From Candidatus Uhrbacteria bacterium (GTDB lineage: Bacteria > Patescibacteriota > Patescibacteriia > UBA9934 > GWF2-40-263), in assembly GCA_023246355.1 (NCBI GenBank), contig JAHFIQ010000002.1:118229-182228 (forward strand): a stretch of DNA of 64,000 nucleotides, written 5' to 3'. This document shows, piece after piece, positions 46,956-56,932 of this stretch (its first letter is position 1; each line of letters begins with the position of its first letter). The notes below the pieces were generated by a model that saw nothing but the letters and a program-made list of their open reading frames with translations, had not been told where the DNA came from and made no database searches. The position numbers and the translations under genes are program-made.

Positions 46956-48015
46956 TCTGTTATTCCACGGCTTGCTTGCTCAATCCCGTGGAGAAGAAGA
47001 GTTCAAGCCGACCAAGGCCGAATTGGCTGTGGCGGTTACCACCAGGATGCACGAGGATCGCCAAGCCAATCTGGGAGGGGAAGACGATCTGGCCGTGTAC
47101 CTGCGGCCGATGAAAGCCTATCCGATGGTTTCGACTCATGCCCAGTGGGCAGATCTCTTTGCGCGGTACAAGGCAGGTGATGTGATCGCTCACGATGAGC
47201 TGGTGTATCGCAACATCCGTCTGGTTGTCTCCGTGGCGATCAAGTACAGCCGTCGTGGACTTCCACTTCTTGACTGTGTTCAAGAGGGAGTGATTGGTCT
47301 TCTGACTGCAATAAAGCGGTTTGAAATAGAGCGGGGATATCAGTTCAGCACCTACGCCACAGGCTGGATTCGCCAGGCAATCACGCGGGCCATCGAGGAC
47401 ACAGGAGATCGGTATTCGTACCGCATTCCGGTTCACATGGCAGAGCAGATTTCTGTTGTCCGGGGTTGCATGGCGCATTTCGTCAAAACCTATGGCGAGT
47501 GGCCCACACCCCTGGACGTGTACAAGCTGGTGAAGTCTCGCAAGACCCAAGTGGTAGCTGCCATGACACTCGTGGACACCAAGAACTGCATGAAGTACGT
47601 CCAATTCGGGGAATCAGAGCGATTGGATCGCGAGGTTTCTGGAAAGGGCGGCGAGGAAGAAGGTCGCTTTGGTGACAAGCTCCCTGATCGAAGAGTCAAA
47701 ACAACGACCGTGGTCGACGCGAGCAAAATGTTGCCGCGCTACCATGCGGCTCTGGAGCGGGTGGAGAAGGCTGTCAAAGCCCTGCCTGCCCGCGACGCCA
47801 TGGTTCTGTCCATGCGTCTGGGGCTTGGCTCGTTTGATTCCATGACGCTTGAGGAAGTTGCAGAGCGCTACGAGCTCACACGGGAGCGCATTCGGCAGAT
47901 CGAAGAGAAGGCCTACGAGAAGCTGGCAGAAGCTGGTTTCAAGATTTCCCACGAGCAAATCCAACAACTGCAAGACGTGTTGGACGAGCTCGAACGCATT
48001 GTGAGGTCGGTCTAA
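46924..48015 (+). CDS. rpoD: RNA polymerase sigma-70 family factor (RpoD-like; start uncertain)
   Basis: region 1.2 DLAVYLRPM, 2.4 TYATGWIRQAITRAI, region 4 TLEEVAERYELTRERIRQIE. Confidence 0.8.
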   Translation: MGFRMLATNNNLLFHGLLAQSRGEEEFKPTKAELAVAVTTRMHEDRQANLGGEDDLAVYLRPMKAYPMVSTHAQWADLFARYKAGDVIAHDELVYRNIRLVVSVAIKYSRRGLPLLDCVQEGVIGLLTAIKRFEIERGYQFSTYATGWIRQAITRAIEDTGDRYSYRIPVHMAEQISVVRGCMAHFVKTYGEWPTPLDVYKLVKSRKTQVVAAMTLVDTKNCMKYVQFGESERLDREVSGKGGEEEGRFGDKLPDRRVKTTTVVDASKMLPRYHAALERVEKAVKALPARDAMVLSMRLGLGSFDSMTLEEVAERYELTRERIRQIEEKAYEKLAEAGFKISHEQIQQLQDVLDELERIVRSV

Positions 48016-49232
48016 TGGACGAGGTCAACTGTCAAATTGCGGAAGCATCGATTCCGGTCGCTCTGTGCTACCAGGAACAGGGAACAGCTGCCTGCGCGGG
48101 TTGCATGGCCGTCAGCCGCCGATGTCCGGAGTGCAAACGCGCCGGAAATATGGGTGAGGCAAAGGAAGGTGTGTGCAAGGATTGTCTTGCCAAGTTGAGG
48201 AGCAAGGCGGGCGATGCCAGGCCAAGCCTTCCAGGCGGAAACGTCGCGGATGCCCTGGAGGAAACGCTCGATGGCCTTGAGGACATCGCCTACGGTGACA
48301 CTTCTGCCATTTCTGGTGGAGATGAATCTCACCCAGACGCAGTGCGCGATCTGGACACAGATGCACTCAAGAAAAGCCGCCGCGCACAAGACGCTGGGTT
48401 TCTCCTGGCGCATCTTGGGCCCTTCATCGTGGAGAGACCAGACGGATCTCGTTTGGTGACAGCAGCTCACGCTGTGCTCATGGAACAGGCGAGGCTCATG
48501 CCTGATGAGACGAGTCGCGCCATTGAGTTGCTCGTGAGCCGTGGCCTTGTGGAGCGTCGTGGGGAGAGTGATCTCATTATTCTCACCCGCGAGATTCCAC
48601 AGCTGGCGTCTCAATCGTCCGCGGCGGGATTCACCGGCGGAGCTCCCAAGCTCACTCCACTCAGGCTTACGGGTCGTGTGGACGATGCCAAGGGACGTCA
48701 AATCCCAACCATCGAGGAGATCTATGCCGCATTGGAGGGTCGTCATCGGGTGGTTGGGGAAGAGAGACTGGTAACCGGCGCCGTGCCCATCCTCCAGCTT
48801 GAACTGCATGTGGGTGCTCCTGTGGCGATCCGCATGCTGGAGCGTCTGCAAGAAGAGACCTTGGTCAAGCCCAAGGATGGTTGGCGAACACTGGTTCTGC
48901 TGGGCGAAGGCGAAGTGCACGACTCGCGTGCCGCCCTCAAAGAAGAGACCATTCTTCGCATGGAGCGCTCAGCAGCAAAAGCGCGTCTCATCATTCGTAA
49001 AGGGGTGCTCACGAAGTTCGCCTTCGGTCGAGCGCTTCAAGCCTTGGATGAGAGCATCAGCGAGCTCGAGGCCATTGGCGTGCAAGTCGCCTCGCAGGTC
49101 ACGGCCTTGCGGGCACACCGCGAGGAAGTTCGCCAGGCAGAGCTCGGCTACGATGAAGCCCGTGCACAGAGCGAGAACGCGGTCGAAATGACCAATCCAC
49201 TGGCAGCTTCACAGAGGCCGCCAGACGCCTAG
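48015..49232 (+). CDS. hypothetical protein with N-terminal Cys4 zinc ribbons and FtsK-gamma-like winged-helix region
   Basis: CAGC...CPEC and CKDC motifs; IEEIYAALEG...VAIRMLERLQEETLV wHTH-like. Confidence 0.45.
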   Translation: MDEVNCQIAEASIPVALCYQEQGTAACAGCMAVSRRCPECKRAGNMGEAKEGVCKDCLAKLRSKAGDARPSLPGGNVADALEETLDGLEDIAYGDTSAISGGDESHPDAVRDLDTDALKKSRRAQDAGFLLAHLGPFIVERPDGSRLVTAAHAVLMEQARLMPDETSRAIELLVSRGLVERRGESDLIILTREIPQLASQSSAAGFTGGAPKLTPLRLTGRVDDAKGRQIPTIEEIYAALEGRHRVVGEERLVTGAVPILQLELHVGAPVAIRMLERLQEETLVKPKDGWRTLVLLGEGEVHDSRAALKEETILRMERSAAKARLIIRKGVLTKFAFGRALQALDESISELEAIGVQVASQVTALRAHREEVRQAELGYDEARAQSENAVEMTNPLAASQRPPDA

Positions 49233-49233
49233 A

Positions 49234-49253
49234 CCCCACACACGTGGGGTTTT
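49234..49253 (+). terminator. rho-independent terminator
   Basis: ccccac-acac-gtgggg followed by tttta. Confidence 0.6.
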
Positions 49254-49257
49254 ATGA

Positions 49258-49305
49258 TTGACGATTTCCATCCGAAGGCGTACGGTTTCCATCCGTTCCT
49301 TACAA
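49258..49305 (+). promoter_or_regulatory. hrpB-like promoter/leader: TTGACG-17-TACGGT-2nt-CCATCCGTTCCTTACAA
   Basis: same architecture as rnc leader; GGAG 2 nt after motif. Confidence 0.5.
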
Positions 49306-49314
49306 GGAGTTCTC

Positions 49315-51576
49315 ATGCAAGAGTCTCTTCCTGTTGACGCTGTGGCCCCGCAGGTCGTTGAAGCCATTCTCAGGAGGCGACGCAATGTCGTCCTCACCGC
49401 ACCGACTGGTTCGGGAAAGACCACCCGCATTCCACAGCATCTACATCTCTCAAGTCCTCGCTTGCGCATCCTCGTGGTTCAACCTCGTCGGGTCGCTTGT
49501 CGTGCGGTGGCTCGTCGGGTGGCCAAAGAGCTGGGAGTTCGGGCTGGGCAGCAGGTCGGCTACATCACGCGTGGCGATGTTCAGACAAGCGAGTCAACCG
49601 TTGTCACGTTCGTGACAGACGGCATTCTGCTCCAGATGTTCCAGTCGGATCCTCGGTTGAGGTCCTTTGACGTCATTGTCTTTGACGAGTTCCACGAGCG
49701 TCGTCTGATGACCGATTTGGCTCTGGCCCTCGCACGCCGAGCGCAGCTCTCAGGCAGCCACATTCGGATCATCGCCATGTCCGCGACCATGCCGGATCGC
49801 GAGCGTCTGGTGGAATACCTGGATGCTGAACCGTTCACGGTTGATGTCCGCAGTTTTCCGGTCGACATCCGTCACGTCTGTTCCAGGCCCCATGAGCATC
49901 GGCTGGCCGATCGCCTGATCGAGAAGATCACCTGGACGCTTCAGAATATTCCCGAAGGCGACATCCTCGTCTTCCTTCCGGGAAAAGCCGAGATCGACCA
50001 GGTGTTGCGTGGCCTTGCGCAAAAGGAGCTGCCCGACGTTCATGTCCTTCCACTGCACGGACAACTGCCCTCCGGGGGACAAGACCAGATCTTTGCTCGC
50101 GCAGAAGGTCGCAAGGTGATTCTTTCAACCAACATTGCCGAGACCTCACTGACGGTTCCTGGTGTCCGAGTCGTGATCGACTCAGGTCTGTCTCGTGAGG
50201 CGAGTTACCTTCCAGAACTTGGAGTCAATCGTTTGGTGCTTGGGGTGATCGCTCAGGATTCGGCAACGCAACGTGCGGGCCGAGCTGGACGTGAAGCACC
50301 TGGACTGTGTCTGCGTCTGTGGTCTGAGGGGGAGCATCGTCGGTGCGCTGAAACCGCGGCCCCTGAAATTCATCGGACGGAATTGTCTGATCTGGTTCTG
50401 CATCTGCGGGCGATCGGCATTGAACGCTTGGGGGAGTTTCCGTTTTTCGATCCACCAGACCCAGAGCGTCTGGCAGCGGCAGATGATCTGCTGAGCACGC
50501 TAGGTGCCTACGATCGCGATCACAGGCTCAACCACATCGGCCTCATGATGTCGCGGTTGAATCTTCCGGCACGTTTTGCCAGGATGATGGTACAGGCCAT
50601 GGCCGAAGGGGCTGAGCAAGAGGTCGCCTCGATCGTGGCCATGCTCATGACGCCCAACGTGTTCAAGTTCCCACCGGGTTTGCGAGAGGTCGCGCTGGAA
50701 GTGCACAGCCATTTGATGGCCACGGCCAACTCCGACTTTGATCAGCTGCTCAGGCTCTTTCAGGAGTTTGAACGGCAAGCACATCCCCAAAGGTACTGTC
50801 GCAAGAACTTTCTCACCTTCGGCGGGATGCGCGAAGCAGAGCGGTTGCAGGAGCGGATTCTGAAAACCGTGAAGGAGCTTCAGGCAACTCGACCCAAGGA
50901 AGCCATTTCGCGAGAGAGCATGTCGCGGTGTCTTTTGAGCGGTCTGCTTGATCGCGTGGGCCGTCGTCGGGAAGACGGACTCTTTGACATGGCGATGGGA
51001 GGCCTGGGGAAACTGCCCAACGGCTCACTGCTGAAAGGTGATTGGGTCTGCGCGGGTGAATTGCACAGCGCTCGGGAGAGGTTTCATCAGGGAACGCCTG
51101 CCGTGATCTCGCTTGCGTTTTCCTTTGACCCAGCCCTGCTCGAGCAAATCGGCGGTCACCTGATCCGCCAGCGGACGCATTTGGTCGAGGCCTTTCCCGC
51201 TTTGGGGAACGTACGGGCCAACCGCCTGACCTCTTACCTGTACTTGACGATAGGTGATTGGCAAGAGGTCCTGCTCAGCCTTCAGGAGGCTCGAGCCATT
51301 GCCAAGGAACAGGAGGAGGAGGCGAAGGATCACGATTGGCACAAAGCCGATGTTCGTCGGGTTGCGCGTCGCAAGGGATCTGTTGTCCTGTTTGCGGATC
51401 GGCATGTTCCCATCGCTGAGGAAGTCCCAGAAGGCCTGTGGTGGGTTGAGCGCTCTGGTACGAAGGAGGCGCATCCGAGATACAAGATTCTCGAGCTCCC
51501 GATTCCACAAGAAGGGGTAACACTTCCTTCTTTGGAAGCAACCAACGCACTGGTTGATCAACTCCTTGGTCTCTGA
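49315..51576 (+). CDS. DExH-box ATP-dependent helicase HrpB-like
   Basis: TAPTGSGKTT, DEFHER, HA2-like C-terminal region; ~750 aa. Confidence 0.8.
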   Translation: MQESLPVDAVAPQVVEAILRRRRNVVLTAPTGSGKTTRIPQHLHLSSPRLRILVVQPRRVACRAVARRVAKELGVRAGQQVGYITRGDVQTSESTVVTFVTDGILLQMFQSDPRLRSFDVIVFDEFHERRLMTDLALALARRAQLSGSHIRIIAMSATMPDRERLVEYLDAEPFTVDVRSFPVDIRHVCSRPHEHRLADRLIEKITWTLQNIPEGDILVFLPGKAEIDQVLRGLAQKELPDVHVLPLHGQLPSGGQDQIFARAEGRKVILSTNIAETSLTVPGVRVVIDSGLSREASYLPELGVNRLVLGVIAQDSATQRAGRAGREAPGLCLRLWSEGEHRRCAETAAPEIHRTELSDLVLHLRAIGIERLGEFPFFDPPDPERLAAADDLLSTLGAYDRDHRLNHIGLMMSRLNLPARFARMMVQAMAEGAEQEVASIVAMLMTPNVFKFPPGLREVALEVHSHLMATANSDFDQLLRLFQEFERQAHPQRYCRKNFLTFGGMREAERLQERILKTVKELQATRPKEAISRESMSRCLLSGLLDRVGRRREDGLFDMAMGGLGKLPNGSLLKGDWVCAGELHSARERFHQGTPAVISLAFSFDPALLEQIGGHLIRQRTHLVEAFPALGNVRANRLTSYLYLTIGDWQEVLLSLQEARAIAKEQEEEAKDHDWHKADVRRVARRKGSVVLFADRHVPIAEEVPEGLWWVERSGTKEAHPRYKILELPIPQEGVTLPSLEATNALVDQLLGL

Positions 51577-51583
51577 CATCTGA

Positions 51584-51607
51584 CCTTGCCTCCTGGCAGG
51601 GTCTTTT
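51584..51607 (+). terminator. terminator-like hairpin after hrpB-like gene
   Basis: ccttgcc-tcct-ggcaggg then tctttt. Confidence 0.45.
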
Positions 51608-51677
51608 CAATTGACGAGCATTTGTATTTATGGCATAGTTTTCGGCCGCTGCTTCCACCTTCTTCATAGGAGTCGCC

Positions 51678-53570
51678 ATGGATCATCAAGATATCCGTCG
51701 CGCGCTCCAGGGGAGTGTGGCGGCGGTTTTGGAAGACAAGCTTCTTCCACGTGTGCTTCGTCCCTACCAAGTTGAGACGTTCTACCGATTTGGCACTTGG
51801 CTTGCTGACACAGGTGCCACACATCGCTGCTACATCTCCCATGCTACGGGACTAGGCAAGACCGTCTGGTTCTCGTCACTTGCCAGACATTGTTCTGACA
51901 TGCGAGTGCTGGTGATTGTGCCAACCAAAATGCTCGTCGAGCAGACGATCCGAACCCTGACGCAGTTCTGCGGTGGCATGATTGGACATCAGTCAAGCCT
52001 AGACAAGATTCGCGATCGCCGCGGCCAAGTTGTGGCCATGCGTGGGCATGAGTTTTCCAATGTGGTGGTGACGACCGACGAAAGCTTTGTGACACGTGCT
52101 GCCGAGTTCCGCCGTGAGTTCGATCCCGACCTCATCATCTGGGACGAATGCCATTGGGCATACCACTCGTCGGCCTCTGCTGCGCTGGCCCTGTTTGATC
52201 GACCGGTGATTGTCGGGCTTTCAGCCACCACAGATTTCCTTACCAACGTGAGTCGCGGTGGTTCCGTTCCTGTGGTGATGGACAACGGCCAAGTGCTGTA
52301 TTGTCCGCCCAGTCGACTCGCCGCCACGCATTTCCACACCCTGGTGGATGAACGCACGGTTCGTTGGGGCATTGAAAGCGGTTGGCTCGCCCCGCTTGCA
52401 TGGGCACAGCTCCAGCTGAACCTGAAGCTCAGCGAAGTACCTGTCACGTCAGGTCCTGGAGGTGAGGACTACAACGAGGCCAAGCTCCAGCAAGCCATGG
52501 AGACGGCTTGGCCCACACTCATCGATGCGGTGTGCAAACTCTACGGCGATGAGTCCTACGGGCTCATCGATCGTCAGGTGTTTGCGGTCTGCCCCAGCGT
52601 TCGGGCTGGACGCGAGCTTGCCTATGCCCTTTCAAGCATGGGAGTTCCGGCGGCTTGCATTGATGGAGGGACGCCAGATCGCGATCGCAACATCATCTTG
52701 AGTGCCTTTGACAAGAGGGAATTTCGGTTCCTCTCCTCGGTCATGGTTCTGCGTGAAGGATGGGATGCGGATGCGGAAGTGTGCCTCATGCTGCGGCCGA
52801 CACGTTCACGCATCTACTACCTTCAGAGCATGGGACGTGTGCTGCGTCCATCACCAGATGGTGGGTACAAGGTTTCGCTCGTCGTTGATGTGAAGACACG
52901 TGATCAGCGGTTCACGCCACTCTCAACGCCTACGTTGTTCGCTCCTCCTGGGTCGGAAGTAGAGGAACGCAAGATTCTCATCGGACCTCGCCACTCCTCT
53001 GGCGCTCATGGGAAACCTTCCTCGCTTGTCTCGCCGTATGCGGTGGAAGGAATAGCGCCCAAGCTCATCCACGTTCCTGCGGTTGAAGTCGAGTACTGGG
53101 CGAGTGCGAGTGGCACCTTCGAAACTGATGGAAAAACATGGGGCACACCAGCGGCCTTGTCCCTGCTGCTGCCGGTCTCAGCACCAACGATTGATCGACG
53201 GGCGAAAGAGGCGTGCGAGAGTGGGATGATTTCTTCTCGAACGGCTCGCAACGCCAGTGGAAGGCATTGCGCCTTTTACGCCCTGGATGAGATTCAAGCT
53301 TTGTGCGCGGATCTGTTAAAACCTGACCGCATTCAATCAGCTGGATGGTTTGAGGAAGACGGTGAAGTGTGGGTCGCAAGGTACGCGGCTCCATCTCTGC
53401 TCTCCTTACTTCCCACAATTGTGGATGTGATCGTCGGCAATGCTCAGGTTCGTAGGCGTGAAGCCAAGCCGGTTCGTGGACGCGTGGCCACGTACTACTG
53501 CCTCTCGGATTTGAGAAAAGTTCGAGAACAACTGCACGTTTCTCGCGAACTCACGGGCAGCTCTTCGTAA
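51678..53570 (+). CDS. second XPB/Rad25-like SF2 helicase with C-terminal W-containing repeat pair
   Basis: LRPYQ, ATGLGKT, DECH, SATTD, QSMGRVLRP; C-terminal FETDGKTW...LSLLLP / FEEDGEVW...LLSLLP. Confidence 0.75.
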   Translation: MDHQDIRRALQGSVAAVLEDKLLPRVLRPYQVETFYRFGTWLADTGATHRCYISHATGLGKTVWFSSLARHCSDMRVLVIVPTKMLVEQTIRTLTQFCGGMIGHQSSLDKIRDRRGQVVAMRGHEFSNVVVTTDESFVTRAAEFRREFDPDLIIWDECHWAYHSSASAALALFDRPVIVGLSATTDFLTNVSRGGSVPVVMDNGQVLYCPPSRLAATHFHTLVDERTVRWGIESGWLAPLAWAQLQLNLKLSEVPVTSGPGGEDYNEAKLQQAMETAWPTLIDAVCKLYGDESYGLIDRQVFAVCPSVRAGRELAYALSSMGVPAACIDGGTPDRDRNIILSAFDKREFRFLSSVMVLREGWDADAEVCLMLRPTRSRIYYLQSMGRVLRPSPDGGYKVSLVVDVKTRDQRFTPLSTPTLFAPPGSEVEERKILIGPRHSSGAHGKPSSLVSPYAVEGIAPKLIHVPAVEVEYWASASGTFETDGKTWGTPAALSLLLPVSAPTIDRRAKEACESGMISSRTARNASGRHCAFYALDEIQALCADLLKPDRIQSAGWFEEDGEVWVARYAAPSLLSLLPTIVDVIVGNAQVRRREAKPVRGRVATYYCLSDLRKVREQLHVSRELTGSSS

Positions 53571-53580
53571 GACGGGCTGC

Positions 53581-53616
53581 TTTTCTTGTACAAGAAAACC
53601 TGCTCAGTGAGCAGGT
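53581..53616. terminator. two adjacent hairpins between convergent genes
   Basis: ttttcttgtacaagaaaa and acctgctc-agt-gagcaggt. Confidence 0.55.
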
Positions 53617-53620
53617 CCGT

Positions 53621-54520
53621 TTACTCGTCCGCGAGGACTTCCATGATGGTCTGGGAGCGCTGTGCGATGCCGCGAAGCGCTTGCAGGAGTTGCTTGCGCC
53701 TGTTGCTGGGCATGGCTTTCCAGGCCTTTCGTACTTCCTCGACGTTCCCTTCGCACTGATGCGCGAGCTCATCCAGGTGACCGAACAGGCCCTGTGCTGA
53801 GCTGTTGGAGGTGTTGAGGAGCTGCCGGAAGCGGATGACACCAATGTTGATGTCGTCCCATCTCTTGTCCTTGCCTTCCATCTCGCGTCGCTTGAGAAAT
53901 GCATCCAGGCGCCTGACCGTCATGTGACTCGGTCGACCCTGGATGGATTCCTTGAACTCATCAAACACTTTTTGACACGTGTCGCTGTTGTGGTACTTGC
54001 CTGCGAGTGTGCTGCCGAAGTTCAAGGCGACATGACCCTGATCTACGAGCTGCTGAATTTCTGTTGGAAGTTTCAGTAGCGAGACCATTTTCGAGACGAG
54101 TGACCTGTGCTTCCATCCGACGAGACACCCGATTTTTTCCATGGTCATGCCGCGCTTCCACAACTCGTTGAGCGCTGCGGCCAATTCCATGGGAGACAAG
54201 TCTTCACGATTGAGGTTGTCCACCAAGGCGAAGGCAAGGGCATCGAGCTCTGTCCCTTCCAGCACAAATGCAGAGACCTCTTTGCGATCGAGCATCCTGA
54301 GGCTGCGGATTCGACGCTCACCCGAGACCAGGATGAACGTGCCGTCCCCGTTGGGGTTGGCTCGAACATGCACGGGGTTGAGCAGGCCAACCTCTTGGAT
54401 AGTGTCTCTCAGACTCCCCAGCCTCTCCTCGTCGAAGAGTTTGCGCGGCTGATTGGGATCGGCCACGACCTTGTCGATTGGAATGACCGTCACGGCCAGA
54501 TGCGGACCTCCGTCCATCAC
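53621..54520 (-). CDS. orphan ParB/Srx-like DNA-binding protein (second ParB paralog)
   Basis: GERRIRSL arginine patch, NLNREDLSPMELAAALNEL HTH; no adjacent ParA. Confidence 0.7.
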   Translation of the reverse strand: MMDGGPHLAVTVIPIDKVVADPNQPRKLFDEERLGSLRDTIQEVGLLNPVHVRANPNGDGTFILVSGERRIRSLRMLDRKEVSAFVLEGTELDALAFALVDNLNREDLSPMELAAALNELWKRGMTMEKIGCLVGWKHRSLVSKMVSLLKLPTEIQQLVDQGHVALNFGSTLAGKYHNSDTCQKVFDEFKESIQGRPSHMTVRRLDAFLKRREMEGKDKRWDDINIGVIRFRQLLNTSNSSAQGLFGHLDELAHQCEGNVEEVRKAWKAMPSNRRKQLLQALRGIAQRSQTIMEVLADE

Positions 54521-54627
54521 ACCCTCCAGTTGAATGGGTGGCCTTCTCTTTACGCCTTCTTTTGCGTTTCGTCAAGCGATTGCTTGCTCCCGCTTCAAAA
54601 ACCTGATACGCTGGCAGCGATTTCATT

Positions 54628-55233
54628 ATGAGTCGATTTGCAGGGATTGAAGATAAACTGTATTCGCGTTTTGGACCCGTGGGAGGAGCCGTGGCTTCTT
54701 TTGTGTTGGAGGTCATCCAAATCGTGCTCATCTCAAGTGCGATCATCATTCCGATTCGGTATTTCTTGATCCAGCCGTTTTATGTGAAGGGCGCCTCCAT
54801 GGAACCCAATTTCTACGATGCGGAATATCTGATCATCGATGAGCTCTCGTATCGGTTTCGGGACCCCATGCGCGGAGAGATCGTGGTGTTCCGTTATCCG
54901 CGCGATCCAAGTCAGTTTTTTATCAAACGAGTCGTTGCACTGCCTGGTGAGACTGTAGAGGTCACGGACAATCATCTGATTATCTACAATGAAGAGCATC
55001 CAAACGGCATGCTCTTGGAAGAAGACTACTTGGGCGGCGAGAAGACCACAGGTAAAGAACGTGTGACGCTCGGCGAAGATGAATTTTTTGTCATGGGAGA
55101 CAATCGTGATTCCAGTCTTGATTCAAGAAGTTTTGGTCCTTTGACACGCGATCATCTCGTTGGCCGCGTCTGGGTTCGCGGATTGCCGATTTCTCGATTT
55201 ACCACGTTTGATGTGCCATCGTATAACCTCTAA
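54628..55233 (+). CDS. lepB: signal peptidase I
   Basis: GASMEPNF catalytic Ser box, KRVVALPGETV box D. Confidence 0.85.
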   Translation: MSRFAGIEDKLYSRFGPVGGAVASFVLEVIQIVLISSAIIIPIRYFLIQPFYVKGASMEPNFYDAEYLIIDELSYRFRDPMRGEIVVFRYPRDPSQFFIKRVVALPGETVEVTDNHLIIYNEEHPNGMLLEEDYLGGEKTTGKERVTLGEDEFFVMGDNRDSSLDSRSFGPLTRDHLVGRVWVRGLPISRFTTFDVPSYNL

Positions 55234-55237
55234 TTGT

Positions 55238-56650
55238 ATGCCATTCAAAAAGAAACCCGTTGCGCCGAAGAAAGTCGTTGTACCAGAAAAAGAAGCGACA
55301 CCTCTCACAACCGCAGCTCCTGTAACCGATGAAAGCGAAGGAGGGAACTCCAAAAATCCTGAGTTGCTCCGAGGCTTTCGCGATATCATGCCAGAGGAGC
55401 AAGGGAAGTGGAATTTAGTCCGAGATGCCGTGCGCCGTTTGGCTGATGCGTACAGTTTTGATCGCATCGATCTGCCAATTTTGGAACGCGCGGATTTGTT
55501 TTTGCGAACGCTCGGGAAGGGGACGGATGTGGTAGAAAAAGAGATGTACGTGTTCACGGATCCATCCAATCGCTCCGTGGCTCTGCGTCCTGAAGCGACA
55601 GCATCGGCAGCACGCGCCTACATCAACCACGGCATGCTCGACCGTCCTCAGCCCGTGAAGCTTTGGTACATGGGACCCATGTTTCGCCACGATCGACCCC
55701 AGGCAGGTCGCTACCGTCAGTTTTACCAAGTGGGTTTTGAATCCTTTGGCGTGGATGAACCGATTGTCGACGCGCAGCTGATCGTGATCGGCATGCAGAT
55801 TTTTAAGGATCTCGGACTGGACGTGAAAGTGCAAATCAATTCGATCGGTACATCCGAGTGTCGCAAGGCATACTTGGCCGAGCTGGTCGCGTATTTCCGA
55901 CAACATCGTGCAAAACTGTCTGAGGATGACAAACGTCGTTTGCAAAAAAATCCTCTCAGAATTCTCGACAGCAAAGAAGAAGCCACGAAAGAGCTCTTGG
56001 AAGGCGCACCACAAATTTTGGATTGGCTGGATGAAAAATCCAAGGAGCATTTCATGAAGGTGCTCGAGTTTGTGGAGGAGATGGAAATTCCGTATCAGTT
56101 AAATCCGTACTTAGTGCGTGGACTCGATTATTACTCGCACACCGTGTTTGAGTTTGTGCTTGCCGATGACACAGGGGACTCCTCACAGGCAGCACTGGGC
56201 GGTGGCGGTCGCTATGATGGTCTTGTAGAAATTCTCGGCGGTCGGCCAACGCCAGCCTGTGGCTTTGCCCTTGGACTTGAACGCATCGTCAAAGCGCTTG
56301 AGGCAAAGGGAATCAATCCACCGGAACGCAGGCAGCCCGTGGTCTTTTTTGCACAATTGGGAGATGCCGCGCGACGTGTGGGACTCAAGTTGTTTGAAGA
56401 ATTTCGTCAGTCCGGAATTCCCGTTGCCGAGGCGTTTGGAAAAAATGCGCTCAAGGCACAACTGGAAGCCGCCAACAAACTTGGGGTACCGATCACGCTT
56501 ATTCTTGGACAAAAAGAGGTTCTGGATGGGACCATTATTGTTCGTGATATGGAATCCGGCGCCCAGGAAATTGTGGACGTAAAAAAGGCCGTTTCGATTG
56601 TTCAGCGCAAGCTCGTCCCTGTTGCTCTTGACAAACCAGCCCAAATTTAG
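55238..56650 (+). CDS. hisS: histidyl-tRNA synthetase (Lys-rich N-terminal extension)
   Basis: LLRGFRDIMPEE, class II motifs, anticodon-binding C-domain; ATG 55238 after lepB stop. Confidence 0.9.
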   Translation: MPFKKKPVAPKKVVVPEKEATPLTTAAPVTDESEGGNSKNPELLRGFRDIMPEEQGKWNLVRDAVRRLADAYSFDRIDLPILERADLFLRTLGKGTDVVEKEMYVFTDPSNRSVALRPEATASAARAYINHGMLDRPQPVKLWYMGPMFRHDRPQAGRYRQFYQVGFESFGVDEPIVDAQLIVIGMQIFKDLGLDVKVQINSIGTSECRKAYLAELVAYFRQHRAKLSEDDKRRLQKNPLRILDSKEEATKELLEGAPQILDWLDEKSKEHFMKVLEFVEEMEIPYQLNPYLVRGLDYYSHTVFEFVLADDTGDSSQAALGGGGRYDGLVEILGGRPTPACGFALGLERIVKALEAKGINPPERRQPVVFFAQLGDAARRVGLKLFEEFRQSGIPVAEAFGKNALKAQLEAANKLGVPITLILGQKEVLDGTIIVRDMESGAQEIVDVKKAVSIVQRKLVPVALDKPAQI

Positions 56651-56692
56651 CAAACTTCCCGTTGCCATTACTCTTAATTGAAAGGAAATCCT

Positions 56693-56932
56693 GTGATTCT
56701 CGTCAAACGTAAAAAAGCTGAAAGTTTTGAAAGTTTTTATCGACGTTTCGGTCGTCGTGTGCAGCAAAGTGGTTCCGTGCTTGAATCCAAGAAGAACCGC
56801 TTCCACAAACCAGAACCATCCAAAACCAAAGTCAGAGCCTCTGCGCTTCGCCGTCTTCAGACGCGTATCAAGCGAGAATATCTCTTGCGCACCGGCCAGC
56901 TGATCGAGGAGAAGTTTCCTCAGAAGCGATAA
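56693..56932 (+). CDS. rpsU: 30S ribosomal protein S21
   Basis: GTG start with AAAGGA SD; ILVKRKKAESFESFYRRFGRR...ALRR matches S21. Confidence 0.8.
   Translation: MILVKRKKAESFESFYRRFGRRVQQSGSVLESKKNRFHKPEPSKTKVRASALRRLQTRIKREYLLRTGQLIEEKFPQKR

Noticed and set aside
56678-56692. TTG start at 56678 for rpsU
   Set aside because: GTG 56693 has an AAAGGA Shine-Dalgarno 6 nt upstream and gives an S21-like length; 56678 would overlap the hisS stop region
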